Source of the DNA: Octopus vulgaris
Taxonomy: Eukaryota
Direction: 5' to 3'
NCBI GenBank assembly: GCA_951406725.2
Contig: OX597826.1
Location: 45,756,001 to 45,820,000, forward strand
Length of the DNA: 64,000 nt
The notes under the pieces were generated by a model. The model was given only the letters and a program-made list of their open reading frames with translations, did no database searches and was not told where the DNA came from. Shown here piece after piece: positions 1 to 15,100 of the stretch. How positions within the stretch are numbered: position 1 is the first letter of the stretch; each line of letters begins with the position of its first letter. Position numbers and translations under genes: made by a program.

Positions 1-100
1 TAACGCTGCGATGGACTGGCGTCCCATCCAGCTGGGGAACACATACGCCATTGAAACCGGGCCCATGAGCCTGACTAGGCTTTAAAAGGGTGCATTTATT
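1..100 (+). mobile_element. 3' part of tRNA-derived SINE (family C)
   Basis: taacgctgcgatggactggcgtccc...gggcccatgagcctgactaggctttaaaagg matches the reverse complement of the 3' end of the copy at 39961-40224. Confidence 0.75.
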
Positions 101-277
101 TTTAATATATCATAAGAGCACCCCTATGACTTAAACAGCAACTAAACCCTACCCCCATTATTTACAATGTGATTGCATTCTTTTGTGTTTGTGCATTCTT
201 TGTATGTTCATTAATTTCTCTGTTGAAGACGTGCTGTGGGATGTTGTTCTAGGAATATTCTAGCGTTGTGATGTTTA

Positions 278-878
278 AGGCGGCGAGCTGGCAGGAACTT
301 TAGCACGCCGGGCAAAATGCTTAGTGGTATATTTCGTCTGCCGCTACGTTCTGAGTTCAAATTCCGCCGAGGTCGACTTTGCCTTTCATCCTTTCGGGGT
401 CGATAAATTAAGTACTAGTTACGCACTGGGGTCGATGTAATCGACTTAATCCTTTTGTCTGTCCTTGTTTGTCCCCTCTGTGTTTAACCCCTTGTGGGTA
501 GTAAAGAAATAGGTATTTCGTCTGCTGCTACGTTCTAAGTTCAAATTCCGCCGAGGTCGACTTTGCCTTTCATCCTTTCGGGGTCGATTAAATAAGTACC
601 AGTTGCGCACTGGGGTCGATGTAATCAACTTAATCCGTTTGTCTGTCCTTGTTTGTCCCCTCTGTGTTTAGCCCCTTGTGGGTAGTAAAGAAATAGGTAT
701 TTCGTCTGCCGTTACGTTCTGAGTTCAAATTCCGCCGAGGTCGACTTTGCTTTCATCCTTTCGGGATCGATAAATTAAGTACCAGTTACGCACTGGGGTC
801 GATGTAATCGACTTAATCCGTTTGTCTGTCTTTGTTTGTCCTCTCTATGCTTAGCCCCTTGTGGATAATAAAGAAATA
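278..878 (+). mobile_element. SINE family A (ggcggcgagctggcagaa... head) with three tandem ~184-bp body units
   Basis: B-box-like gagttcaaattcc and conserved gactttgcctttcatcctttcggggtcgataaattaagtaccag. Units restart at about 326, 512 and 696. Other copies near 6975-7390(-), 10291-10525, 24549-24738, 28440-28630(-), 28663-29063, 30933-31330, 33565-33792, 49495-50075(-), 52186-52416. Confidence 0.85.
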
Positions 879-1339
879 AGTAGACTTATTATCAAAGTGA
901 TTCCAGCCTTGGCCATCTCGTCTTTATGTGTAACTAACGTGTTCTTCATGTTTAAAATAGTAGAGAAATTTTAAGAAATTTAATTTGTATTTTTAGCAGG
1001 TGAAGGATCCACATTGCATTTCTTTCGTTATCTTTATTCTCGTTGAGTATGACGGGGTAGAAAGGGCTCCTTAGCCGTAGTGAAGGCAATCTATCTAGGG
1101 AGATAACCTTACAATAAATCACTCGGTCCGTAGCTTAGAAATACTGGGTTGACGTCCAGCGGGAACAGCTTTGTTTCATGGAGGAGGAAAGATCTTCTTT
1201 AGTACTTGGTTGTACAATGCTTTCCAATGTGTGTAGTAGTGGCGCGCGCACACATTATTAGCCATTTGAAAAGACTATGGAATTTAGTCTCGACCACGGT
1301 CGAACAATGATGATGACGGCCGTTTTTATTAGATTCTCG

Positions 1340-2030
1340 CATTGGTGTTTCTGGTAAGAAAGACAATGAAAAAGTTGGAAGACAATGAGTTTGGTATGTG
1401 TATATCTGCGTATCTAAGTGATTGATGCAGGCTTGGTGAAATTGGGGAAACTATATTTTGAGAATATGAGTATGATGTCACTTGCATATGAAGCTGTTTT
1501 AAGAAGAGACGCGTAAGATTAGGTTAAAAAGACACGATGAGAGAACAGACCATGGCATAACTCCGTTTTAAAGGGTAGAGAAAGACGTTTAAGAGGACGT
1601 TAAAAAGAAACGGTGAGAGGGTGGACCCTTGCGGTACGGCGAGCTGGCAGAAACGTTAGCACGTCGGGCGAAATGCTTAGCGGTATTTCGTCTGCTGTTA
1701 CGTTCTGAGTTCCAATTCCGCCGAGGTCGACTTTGCCTTTCATCCTTTCGGGGTCGATAAATTAAGTATCAGTTATGCACTGGGGTCGATGTAATCGACT
1801 TAATACCTATGTGTGTCCTTGTTTGTCCCCTCTGTGTTTAGCCCCTTGTGGGTAATAAAGAAATAGGTACTCTCTTAGGAAAATAACAAATTTTGGAAGT
1901 AACTTTTACTTTATACATTTTCAGAGAAAGTCAGGTAAATATAGGTTTTAAAAAGGCGGTGGGAGAACATATCCTTGTAGGTCTGCTATGGGGAAATGAT
2001 AATTTTGTCATTGCTATTTTGTATACTACT
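1340..2030 (-). pseudogene. decayed non-LTR retrotransposon reverse transcriptase fragment interrupted by a SINE
   Basis: Removing the SINE (1638-1865) and one copy of the GGTAC duplication restores YFPKRVPQGSTLSPFLFNVLLN (RT PQG motif). Further downstream, ASYASDIILI is a degenerate YADD motif. Confidence 0.65.
1638..1865 (+). mobile_element. SINE family A monomer with 5-bp target duplication GGTAC
   Basis: Same body as 278-878. GGTAC lies at 1633-1637 and 1866-1870. Confidence 0.85.
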
Positions 2031-2639
2031 TAGGCTTGACTACTTCAGAGTGTTCACAAGCCAGCATTTAATGATTTAAGATATTAACTGTATTTTTTTT
2101 TCTTTTCTTTGTTAATTTGGTTGATTGATTGAATGTCTAGTACCTCAAAAACTAATGACGCCGCGAAGTCCAATATTTTTTATTGTTTTTAAATCAGTGA
2201 CTTTTAACTAAATTGTTGAAAATTACTTTCTATAGTTTTTCTTTCAAAATTTTACAAGTTTATGTTCTGGTTTCTGGTATGATGCTGTTGTCGCAGAATA
2301 CGATCAAAGGAATATGTTGTTTATTTGTTCGAGTATGTGTATTGTTCGTGTGTGTGTGAGTGTGTGTGTTTTGTTGTTTTTGCAGACCTATAATTAAAGA
2401 TGTTACTACCAACGACATCTAACCCTATATTTTTCAAATATGATGTTATATTATTCAATATGTTTTCCGGTTGTTTCTTCTGTTTTCTCTTTGATAGGTA
2501 GCGTGTAGCTTAAGGTAGATTTAGCTGCTATTTCTTGTCGGTCGAGTGACCACATGAAACTTTGTTTGTCTTGCACTTATTTTTTTCGACCACTGGTGAT
2601 ATTTAAATTAGAAGTTTAGTGGAACGCACAAAAGAACCA

Positions 2640-4087
<1,448 letters not shown>

Positions 4088-4337
4088 GCGCGCACACATG
4101 CACACAAACACACAGACACACAACCTGAACAATAGGCACACTTTTATGATGGGCAATTTAGAATCCGTCATAGTATTTTAAACACGGCCTTTCATATAAA
4201 CCAGTTCCTACGATTTATGGTAAAACAACGGTAAATATGAAAGAGCATGTATCAAACGATAGATCCCCCCCCCCCTCCTTTATAAGAATGAGTAGTTTGA
4301 TAAATATTTTTTTTGTAGCTGAACTATAATAATAATG

Positions 4338-4376
<39 letters not shown>

Positions 4377-6583
4377 GCAAACGAATAAAGATTTATTTAT
4401 ACAGTGGAAATATATGCGTCTTCACATACTTTTGCCATCCTCGAGACTGCTTCGCATTAGACGTAATTTTCCTATCTTAATAGAACGTCCCTTGTTGGTT
4501 GGCGTTTTCACTCAGAGGGCAAAATTTCATACTGCAAGAAGCCAATGGAATATTTGTTAGTTTAGCAGTACTAACTCCGCTTACTGTATTTTGTTACATA
4601 AATACACAATGCTTCGAATTTTGGGAGAAGGGATGGGTTTACTTATATCAGCTCCGATACTTCGCGAATACTTTATTCTTACAGCCTTTCAGTTGGATGA
4701 AAAACATAGGCAGTCCCTGCAATGAGATATCTTTTTACGACTTTATGGACTAAAATGTTATTTACACAGACGTAAAAACAGCAAGATGGCAGAATCGTTA
4801 GAGCTTCTGAAAAATGGCTTGTATTCTGGTTTCAAATCCCAGCCATGTCGATGTTGTTTCTCATCCGTTAGGATCGATTAATCAAAATATCGGTCAAATA
4901 TTGGGGTCAATGGTGTCGGCCAACCTTCTCAATTTTTTTTTTAAATTTTTTTTTATTTTTACAAAGGTGCAAGCGTGGCGAGTTGGTAAAATCGTTAGGT
5001 CGTTAGAAAAATGCATTCAGCATTTCCTCTAGCTCTGAATTCAAATTCTACTGATGTCAATTTTGCCTTTCATCTCCCTAGACTCCAAAAAATAAAGTAC
5101 CAGTCAAGTACTGATGACTTCAATAGTATCAATTAACCTACTTTCTTCGAAAGTTTCACCCTTCTGCGTTCACCAGAAGCAGTTTTTTTTTTAGAGAAAT
5201 GTAAAGCTGGCTAGCTGACAGAGTCGTGACACCGTTGGAAAAATATCTTGCTATATTTTGTCAGGGTATTTTTATTCTTAATTTCATCCCACCAAGATCA
5301 CTCTTACCGTTCATCTCTCTATGGTGGTGGAGGAGAATAGAGAATTAGTCAAGTACTGTGGTCGATGTAATTCAACTCGCATCCCCACAAACCTGTTGGT
5401 TCTGTGCCTTAACTGAAACCGTTATTTACATAGTTATAGTAAGAATTGAGGTAACAGATGTGAAAGGGCACAAATTATCATTGATCCATTATCTTTGTTA
5501 ATGATATTGATAATTCCATAGAAATCCTCAAAAATCCACCCCCAAAAAATAACACCCCACACAAAACCCTTATAAATAAAATATTTTTATATTCAGCTAT
5601 AAACAACAAAGCAAAACCCACTGCTCCATATTCAACATTAAACCCAGAAACTTATTCTGATTCCCCTTCAGCAAAATCAAACGGAGCCCAAAAAGTGGCT
5701 TTGTCCTCCATCCTGCACCTCGCCCTTGGCACTGTGAAGCTTTATTATGCTACTGGTTTTTAGTCTTAAGTCAGGACTGATCGAACAGACTCTTGATCAA
5801 CGGCATTCCGACAGTGATCATCCCGTCTTTTTCACATGTACGGGGAACACAAAAGTACATTATCAAATATGCATTGTTTAAAAGACACTTGGGTGTAATT
5901 TAAGGGAGATTTAACTGCTACTTCTAGCAGATCAAGCAAGCACGAGGAAATTACAGGGAGGTAGATGGTGTCTTTGCCATAAACATAATGTAGTAAGTGT
6001 GACAGTGACAGGAAATGACCCTCGAACTTCTAACTTTACTGTCCTGTACTTATATTGACTCGACCATCGGCTCCTGCTCTTGTTTGTTTGTTCTTTCTCA
6101 AGCCATGCCTGGCTCATAGGGCCGGTTTCCCGGTTTCCTTGGCGTATAGGTTCCCCACCTGGACGGGACGCCGGTTCGTCACAGGTGAGCTGCAAGATGC
6201 AGGAGGAAAGAGTGAGAGAAAGTTGTTGCGAAAGACTCAGCAGCAGTTCACCATTACCTTCTGCCGGAGCCGCGTGGAGCTTAGGTGTTTCGCTCATAAA
6301 TACACATAGCCCGGTCTAAGATTCGAACTCGCGATCCTTCGACCACGAGTCCGCTGCTCTAACCACTAGGCCATCTGTCTCCACCCTGCTCTTGTAGATG
6401 CATGGAATTCCAGTGTTTAGTGACAGCATTCAGTTATCATGTCTGGGTACGTGTTACACACACACACACGCACACACACACACACACACACATGTTTTCG
6501 CTCGCGCGCGTTCATACTGGTACGAAAGAAACTTATCGCTGGAAGTGGAAATCTAACTATTAACCTCCTGGCACCGTTTTTGC

Positions 6584-6610
6584 CTGAAGAAAGACTGTGT
6601 CCGAAACGTT
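6584..6610 (+). ncRNA. minimal hammerhead-ribozyme-like motif (Penelope-like element type)
   Basis: CTGAAGA-a-AGAC-tgt-GTCC-GAAAC-GTT: CUGANGA and GAAA boxes around a short helix II. Confidence 0.45.
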
Positions 6611-7639
6611 GACTTTTCCACTCCCTATTATTTTTTTTTAGCGATTTTACTGTATGAATGTGTCTGTTTGTTTATGTATGTATGGATGTGTGTGTGACTG
6701 CATGTATGTTTTGTTTGTGTGTATCTATGTGTAGGAGCATGTGTGTGTGAGCGTGCTTCGAGGCAATGCACTTCACCAGAATTTCTCAACTCAGTCCTGC
6801 TTTGCATACCACTTCTTGATCCTTGTTGTGTTATGACCGTTTTACTTGAGTGAGGACAGTTTAAGTCGTTGTGAGAATGGATCGCGTAATATCAATAAAA
6901 TCGCAAAGCCAAATGTTGATATTTCAAAGAAAAGAGAACATTAACTCATTAGACGTTTAACGTACAGCATATTCTTTTCTAGTCTAGGCTCGAAATCCTT
7001 TTTGGAGGGGAGGGGCAGTCGATTAGATCGACCCAGTACTCAACTGGTACTTAATTTATTGACCCCGAAAGGATGAAAGGCAAAGTTGACCTCGGTGGAA
7101 TTTGAACTCAGAACATAAAGACAGACGAAATACCGCTGAGCATGTCGCCTGGCATGTTAACGTTTCTTATTTTTTTATTGTCCACAAGGGGCTAAACATA
7201 AAAGGGACAAACAAGTACAGACAAACGGATTAAGTCGATTATATCGACCCCAGTGCGTAACTGGTACTTAATTTATCGACCCCCGAAATGATGAAAGGCA
7301 AAGTCGACCTCGCGGAATTTGAACTCAGAGCGTAAAGACAGACGAAATACCGTTAAGCATGTCGCCTGGCATGCTAACGTTTCTGCCACAGTTTTTCATA
7401 CGTATAGTGTATTTGAATAATTAATTTATCTGAATCAGTTTTATAAATTAAGCTTATCCCATCACACTTCCTGTACAAGAAATTATATCTACCTAGCGAT
7501 TTAATCATCATTAATTCAACAAGTGCGATTATCTTTGATTTGCTGAAAAGGATTAATAAGAAAGGAACGCATTCAGAATTGTATTCCGCGCTTTCTGTTA
7601 TAATTGAAATCATATTAATCATTGATTTAATACTGTTTT

Positions 7640-8170
7640 CTTTTTCAAATCGTATCTAACTAGAAATTTATCAGAAAGAATGAATCTAGCAAACCAAGAT
7701 ATTCCACCAGGCCCCCACTTCAATAAGAGATGGAGAAAAGAAGAATATGTGCGTAGACAATTGGACAACAACGAGGTTGATTCAAAAGTTCTTTTAACAT
7801 TGATACAAATCGGTTGATAGACGATCATTTTGCTTCACTGGGGATGTGGTGGGGGCTAATAAGGCAGAAACGTGTCCAGAGTTGTCTCCCGTGGTTCCCA
7901 TAATAACGGAGATTATATTTATCAATGATCTGAAGTTTTGTGTGCGCGCGCGCCTGTGTGTGCCTACCTCTTTATCAAAAGAGACGAATTCTCGTCTGAG
8001 CACGGGGTTGCTGAAAAGGCCTAAAGGGACGAAACGCATCTAGCACTCTCGCTAGCTGCTGTAGTGGCGAACTTCAACCTCTCTCACTGGCATTTGTGTT
8101 TTTAACGCGACATTCCATAAACAGTGCTATCTTGGGACACATACTTCTAGTAACTAACCAATCGACTGTG
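7640..8170 (+). mobile_element. possible Penelope-like element 3' remnant with degenerate hammerhead at 8011-8040
   Basis: Weak GIY-YIG-like peptide (LSERMNL...PPGPHFN), then CTGAAAA-GGCC-TAAA-GGGAC-GAAAC-GCATC. Confidence 0.35.
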
Positions 8171-8186
8171 TGTATATTTGAAATAT

Positions 8187-8555
8187 GTGGAGGCGCAATG
8201 GCCCAGTGGTTAGGGCAGCGGACTCGCGGTCATAGGATCGCGGTTTCGATTCCCAGACCGGGCGTTGTGAGTGTTTATTGAGCGAAAACACCTAAAGCTC
8301 CACGAGGCTCCGGCAGGGGATGGTGGTGATCCCTGCTGTACTCTTTCACCACAACTTTCTCTCACTCTTACTTCCTGTTTCTGTTGTACCTGTATTTCAA
8401 AGGGCCGGCCTTGTCACTCTCTGTGTCACGCTGAATATCCCCGAGAACTACGTTAAGGGTACACGTGTCTGTGGAGTGCTCAGCCACTTACACGTTAATT
8501 TCACGAGCAGGCTGTTCCGTTGATCGGATCAACCAGAACCCTCGTCGTCGTAACC
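8187..8555 (+). mobile_element. tRNA-derived SINE family C, full length
   Basis: tRNA-like head gtggaggcgcaatggcccagtggttagggcagcggactcgcggtc...ggtttcgattccc with A and B boxes. Near-identical copy at 55959-56338. Related copies at 6095-6385(-), 15985-16225(-), 21100-21431(-), 21488-21812(-), 29537-29790, 32784-33100, 46432-46748. Confidence 0.85.
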
Positions 8556-9094
8556 ATTTGAAATATGATGCATCGATGGCTATAATCATTATTTCTAATT
8601 AATTGATCATCAAAAGGAATAACTCCAGCAGTCGAAGATAATCCGGTTTTAATTTCCTCTTCCATTAACGCGCCAAACGTTGAGAAAATTAAAATGTTTT
8701 TCGTGAAGAAGCTTGCACCGAAACTCGAACTCACGGCCCATGAGCTGAGGAGCTGATATTCTTACACGCTTGACATTTATTTCTCTATGTAACTGATGAA
8801 ATATCGCCTAACAATATTGCTATTTAAATCGAAAACTGATGTTGGACGACAAATATTTTGTATAACTGCCTCTAAGCCGTGTCACAATTTATAGGGCAAC
8901 GTAAGACATAAAAGAAAATGATTACGTAGCAATAGCTAAATGCATGTATATGTACGCATGTATATATGTACGTGTATGCATATTTATATATGTGTATATA
9001 CTTATATGTACATGTGTGTGTGTACACACACACGTGTGCATGCATGAAACTCAAAGCATAATGCATACATTTTTGAAAGCGCAGGGGATGTGTT

Positions 9095-9140
<46 letters not shown>

Positions 9141-11047
9141 ACTTATATATATATATATATATATAGTGAAATAACACCACCTGAAATATTCCAGAGTTCA
9201 CCTGACAAATAATATCGGGTTCTGAATTCTTCGAAGTAAAGTCTGCTGTTTGTGAAATGAAAATATCAACCATTTTTGCAGATGCCGTCATCGGAGACTG
9301 TAAACGACATTGTTTCAAACCATTCCAGTGAAGAGATACAGTGCTTCCTTCAGGCTTTGGATCTAAATAGCAGTGATCTTGCTTGCTCTTCGTCCTGCTA
9401 TCTTAACAATAACATGATTAAAGAAAATGCAACGAAATGAAATGATATTTAGTAGTTGGAGCGTTATCAAAAGCTAGTTTATTCATTACTTATCAACAAC
9501 AGCCGTCATCGTTCCCATTGCCAGCAGCTTACTTATTATTATTATTATTAGAAGTAGTAGTAGTAGTATAATTATTGGATGTGGTGGTATTCAATATAAT
9601 TGTTGTGATTATCACGAAGCTGTAAATCTAAATTTTAATGCTACACTAATTAACTCCCTTGGTTGTTGAAAGATGTAAGGGAAATAACCCTTACTTGCTA
9701 CATTAGGTATGTCATTGGAGTAACCAATGTGCAGCCGCTCTCGCTGCTTGAAATAGCAGACAAGTCATCCTCAAATCGCATACTACCGGTCATAGAAATG
9801 CAATGATACTTTAGATAATGCAGTCTAGAATACACTGAAGCTAGGAAAAACAAGGAAAGATGGACTTCTATACAGTTCCCATCTATCTTTTATTTTTTAC
9901 CTGCTTCAGTCATTGGACTGTGGCCATGCTAAAGCACACCTTGAAGGGTTGAGTGGAACAAACCAGCCCCAATACTTATTTCTAAAAACGTGGGATTTCT
10001 TCTATCGGTCTCTTTTGCCGAAACACTAACTGTGGAAGGATGTAAACAAACCAGCACCGGCTGTCAAGTGGTGGTATAGGGACAAGCAGAAACACACACA
10101 CACAAAACAGGCTTCTTTCTGTTTCGTTATACCAACTCCACTCACAAGGCTTTGGATCAGCCTGGGGATATAAAAAACACTGAGTTCAGTCCCCATTTTC
10201 TGGGACTTAACCCAGAAACCCTGCTTACTCTAATAGTGTACTCTACTTGACTTACGCACACATCTACTTGACTTATACAAGTCCTGAGTTGAGGCGGCGA
10301 GCTGGCAGAAACGTTAGCATGCCGGGCAAAATGTATGGTCGTATTTCGTCTGCCGTTACGTTCTGAGTTCAAATCCCGCCGAGGTCGACTTTGCCTTTCA
10401 TCCTTTCGGGGTCGATAAATAAAGTACCAGTTTTGCACTGGGGTCGATGTAATCGACTTAATCCCTTTGTCTGTCCTTGTTTGTCCCCTCTATGTTTAGT
10501 CTCCTTGTGGGCAATAAAAGAAATATATACAAGTCCTGGGTTGACTACAGTAAAATAATTTGTCCAAAATACTGATAGTAATAAGATTGAATAGAGATTC
10601 TCATTATTATAAACTTCTTAATCACTTGGCCATACATGCATCCAATATAGAGGATTCCAGAAGGAAAAAAAGAAAGATATTTGTTAGATTTGTATTTTGT
10701 AGTTTTATGCTTCTCTGTTTCTATGGCTGGTGGTTAAAAAGTCCGCTTCACAACCACATAGTTTGGGGTTCAGTTCCACTGCATGGTACCTTGTGTAAGT
10801 GTCTTCTCATATAGCACAGGATTGACCAAAGCCTTGAGAGTTGATATAGTAGATGAATACTACGTGGAAACCTGTCACATATCTATATCTACCTATCTAT
10901 CTATTATATTATATTTATCATTCATTTTATACTATTTTGAAAAAATATATTATATATTATGTTAATTATATATATTATTTGTTATTTATGTATTGGTTTA
11001 TGTCTCTCACTGTTTGAGTTGCATAATAGTGGTTTTATCTCTAATTC

Positions 11048-11049
<2 letters not shown>

Positions 11050-11092
<43 letters not shown>

Positions 11093-11237
11093 GTATATAT
11101 ATAAATATGTATATAGTGTTATACTTGGGAATGCTCATATTTTGCCAACTAAACACATGCACTAAATACTTGGTCTTCAGTTTTATTATTTTTACTTTTC
11201 TTTCTATATTACACATCCTGTGACCTCTTCAGTAATT

Positions 11238-11275
<38 letters not shown>

Positions 11276-11314
11276 TTATATATATATATATATAGATGTG
11301 TGTATATATTTATG

Positions 11315-11399
<85 letters not shown>

Positions 11400-11411
11400 T
11401 CTTTACACGAG

Positions 11412-11476
<65 letters not shown>

Positions 11477-11509
11477 CACACATATATAGTAAATATGTAT
11501 ATACATATT

Positions 11510-11586
<77 letters not shown>

Positions 11587-11697
11587 AAGTATAAAGTAAC
11601 TCATACATATTTATATATACACACACACACACATCACACACACACACACACACACACACACAGCACACACACACACACACATCACACACTTGACACA

Positions 11698-11739
<42 letters not shown>

Positions 11740-11780
11740 TATATATATATATATGGATATATATATATATATATATATAT
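11050..11780. repeat. (TA)n/(CA)n microsatellite block
   Basis: Read directly. Confidence 0.95.
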
Positions 11781-11799
11781 GAAATTATTGAAATTATTG

Positions 11800-12180
11800 T
11801 ATACAGTGCTCAGGTGCACCACAACTTGTCAGAAAGTGCATATAAAGTACATGCAGTAATGTAGAAATGTCTGGAAAGTGAACAATGTATGAGTCAGATA
11901 CATGCTTGTGTGTGTATTGAGGGGAGAAAATCAAGTGTAGTGTTGGCGAATCTCAGGAAGCATGGAAGCCCTGAAGGATGCAGTGCTCCAACAACTAACA
12001 ACTGATGCCGGCAGTTTGTTCCATGCTTCAGCAACTCTCAGCGTGAAAAAATGTTTCCTGAAGTCATGGGAGCTGTGCTGTTTTCTTACTTTGTAAATAT
12101 GTCCACGGGTGTTAGATGGGTGGAGTTTGAAAAGGTGCTCAGAGTTATTGTTTGTATGATGGTTGATAATTTTATGGGTA
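11800..12180 (-). mobile_element. CR1-clade LINE 3' fragment
   Basis: Minus frame HKIINH...LFKLHPSNTRGHIYKVRKQHSSHDFRKHFFTLRVAEAWNKLPASVV, the typical CR1 ORF2 C-terminus (TRGH; FFxxRVxxxWNxLP). Confidence 0.8.
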
Positions 12181-14499
12181 AAACAAAATATGAAGACAGT
12201 TGTATAGACAACAAGCAGGTGTATTAGTTTGATGCTCAGGAAAGTGAGAAAGTCTTTTACGTTTCGAGTCTACACTCTTCAACAGAGAGGAATAAGAGAA
12301 AATAAAGAGAGAGAGAGAGAATAAAATAAACTTGTGAATTTAGAAATCAATCTTGGCGAGAGAGAGATTATTTTAAAACAAGAATGTCAACAAAATTCTT
12401 GATAAAGAATAATAAATTTGTGGTTTACAAAAGTATAAAGTAACTCATCAGATTAATGTAAAATTATTTTTATCAAAACTGAAAATAAAAACAAGCATTA
12501 ATGTGTGTGTGTCTGTCTGTCCCATCACCACTTGACAACTGGTGCTTGTTTGTTTTTGTTCTTTTTTTGTTCCTGTGTCTCAGCAGTTAATTAAAAATGG
12601 AATAATAGAATATGTTGCAAGATTTAGTAAAGAAATAAGTAATGGGGTTGATTTATTTGACTGAAGCCCCTCCAGGTGGTGCCCCACCATTCTTGTACTC
12701 CAATGACTGAAATAAATAAAAGACAAAAAAATAATGTGCAACACCATTTAAGCACTATATTTAATATCTGAAGCAACAAGTGAGACTTTTGTTGATAGCA
12801 GTCTATTCATCATAGGTTATTGTCAATATTTAGTCCCAAGTCAGCCCTGATCAAACATAGCTATGAGGGAAATGGGAACCAGACATGACCATCTGGTCTT
12901 TTATTGGCTCAGTCCAAGTGGTCAAACCTTACCAACTTTACCTTTTGTCTTTAGCAGCATTCTGCCTGGCTTTATGTTCTGAGTTCAAATTTCACATAGG
13001 TGAATAAAATAGGTACCACTCAAGCACCTGAGTTGATTTAATGAGCTGTTAAAATCATTTACACACCTGGCAAAAAGCTGAGATGCATTTTATCTGTCTT
13101 TACATTCTGGGTTCAAATTCTGCCAGAGCTTACTTTGCCTTTCATACTTCAGGGTCAATGAATTAAGTACCAGTTGTGCATTGGGGTCAATGTAATTGAC
13201 TTAACCCCTCACCCAAACTTGCTGGCTCTGCACAAAAAATTTGAAAGCATTATTATAAAGTTGGCGAGCTGTCAGAATTGTCAACGTGGCAAACAAAATG
13301 CCACTAAACTTGGTAGTGTTTTGTTCATCTTTAAATTGTGAATTCAAATTCTGCTGAGGTGAACTTTGCTTTTTATTCTTTCATCCTTTCAAGGTCAATG
13401 AAATAAAGACTTGTCAAGAACTGGAGCCAATGTAACCAATAAGCCCCACTCCCACAAAATTTCAACCCTTGTGCCTATAGTAGAAATCATAATCATCATC
13501 ATCATCATCATTTATGTCTGTGTTCCATGCTAGCATGGATGGGACGGTACCACAAGAGCTGGCTAGGCCGAAGCCTGCACCAGACTTCTGTAACTGTTAT
13601 GGCAGGATTTTTACAGCTGGATGCCCTTTCTAACACCAACCACTCAGCAGAGTGGACTTAATGCTTTTTATGTGGCACAAGCACAGGCAAGGTCAGTTTT
13701 GGCAAGGTTTTTACATCTGGATGCCCTTCTGAACACCAACCAGTTTACAGTGTGGATTGGAAGCTTTTAAGTGGCACCTGCACTGACAGGGTCACCAAGT
13801 ATATGCAAGACAAAATCTTTTAAGAGGGGAAGAGGAATTGGAGGAGGAGATGATGAAAAGATTATAGTGAGACAGATATAGGTGTCTTGTTGAAGAGGAA
13901 GTACAAGGTTACCTGGCCAGAGAGGGAAAGATCAGGAATGAAGACAGAAACACCTGTTTCTGTCTTCATTCCTGTACGAAATACACAGTTGCCCAAACTG
14001 GCTGGATTGTCTATTAAACAGGTATTAATTGGAGCTAGACAACAACTAGAACCACAATCAGTCTCACACGAATGTCTAAAAGATCAAATCTGTGGCCAAA
14101 ACACTTCACTTGTGCTCTGCTAATCCACCCAGATTTAAAGGAAATCATGTAAAAAAACAACCCAAGAAGTAATCAAAGATACTGTTTATTATTAGCTGAT
14201 TTATCAAAATATATTATAGCTATATCACAATTATTTTGCAGCAATTAAACAAAGTGTTATTAATGTTTGTTTTGTTTTTGAAATTTAAATTTCATCTTCA
14301 ATAGTAAGTTTTAATTTAACGGTAATAAAGATTAATTGCATGACGCAATATTGTGAAACCTTGGAAGAAAAGCAAATAGAAAAATAAACAGAAAGTAAAC
14401 AAAGTAACCTGGAAATTAAAGGAAATTATAAAGAAATCTGTGATAAATTACTTATTGAAATGCGAAGGGAAGAGAGAGAGAGAGGGTGGAGTGAGAGAA

Positions 14500-14558
14500 A
14501 GGAAGGACAGGTAGATAGATACAGAGATACAGATGGATGGATAAATAGATAGATAGAG

Positions 14559-14601
<43 letters not shown>

Positions 14602-14666
14602 GATGGAGATACAGATAGATAGACAGATAGATAGATAGATAGACTGACAGATAGATAGATAGACAG

Positions 14667-14697
<31 letters not shown>

Positions 14698-14966
14698 GAT
14701 AGATAGACAGATAAATAAATAGATAGACAGATAGATAAATAGATAGATAGATAGATAGATAATGATGGAAATACGGATAGATAAATAGATAGACAGATAA
14801 TGATGGAGATACGGATAGACAGAGAGAGATAGATAGATAGATAAAGATGGAGATATAGATAGATAGATAGACAGACAGATGGAGATATAGATGGAGAGGT
14901 AGACAGACAGAAAATCAGAGGTAAATTAATAAACAGAGATAGATAAGCAAACAGACAGACATAGAG

Positions 14967-15002
<36 letters not shown>

Positions 15003-15100
15003 TACAAGAGAGAGACACCAAGAGACAAACAGACTGATGTAGAGAGCTAGATTGATTGGTATCATATATATGACAGAGAGAGAGAGAGAGAAAGAAATAG
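14500..15100. repeat. (GATA)n/(GACA)n tetranucleotide microsatellite
   Basis: Read directly. Source of the LSIY pseudo-ORF 14448-15158. Confidence 0.95.

Noticed and set aside
446-628. Recurrent peptide RPRKDERQSRPRRNLN in many ORFs
   Set aside because: Antisense translation of SINE family A, not a protein family.
278-878. Regular repeats suggestive of a CRISPR array
   Set aside because: They are 184-bp near-identical tandem units with no unique spacers, in eukaryotic context with no cas genes.
8187-8262. tRNA-like sequences at SINE heads as real tRNA genes
   Set aside because: Cloverleaf is incomplete and each continues into a SINE body.
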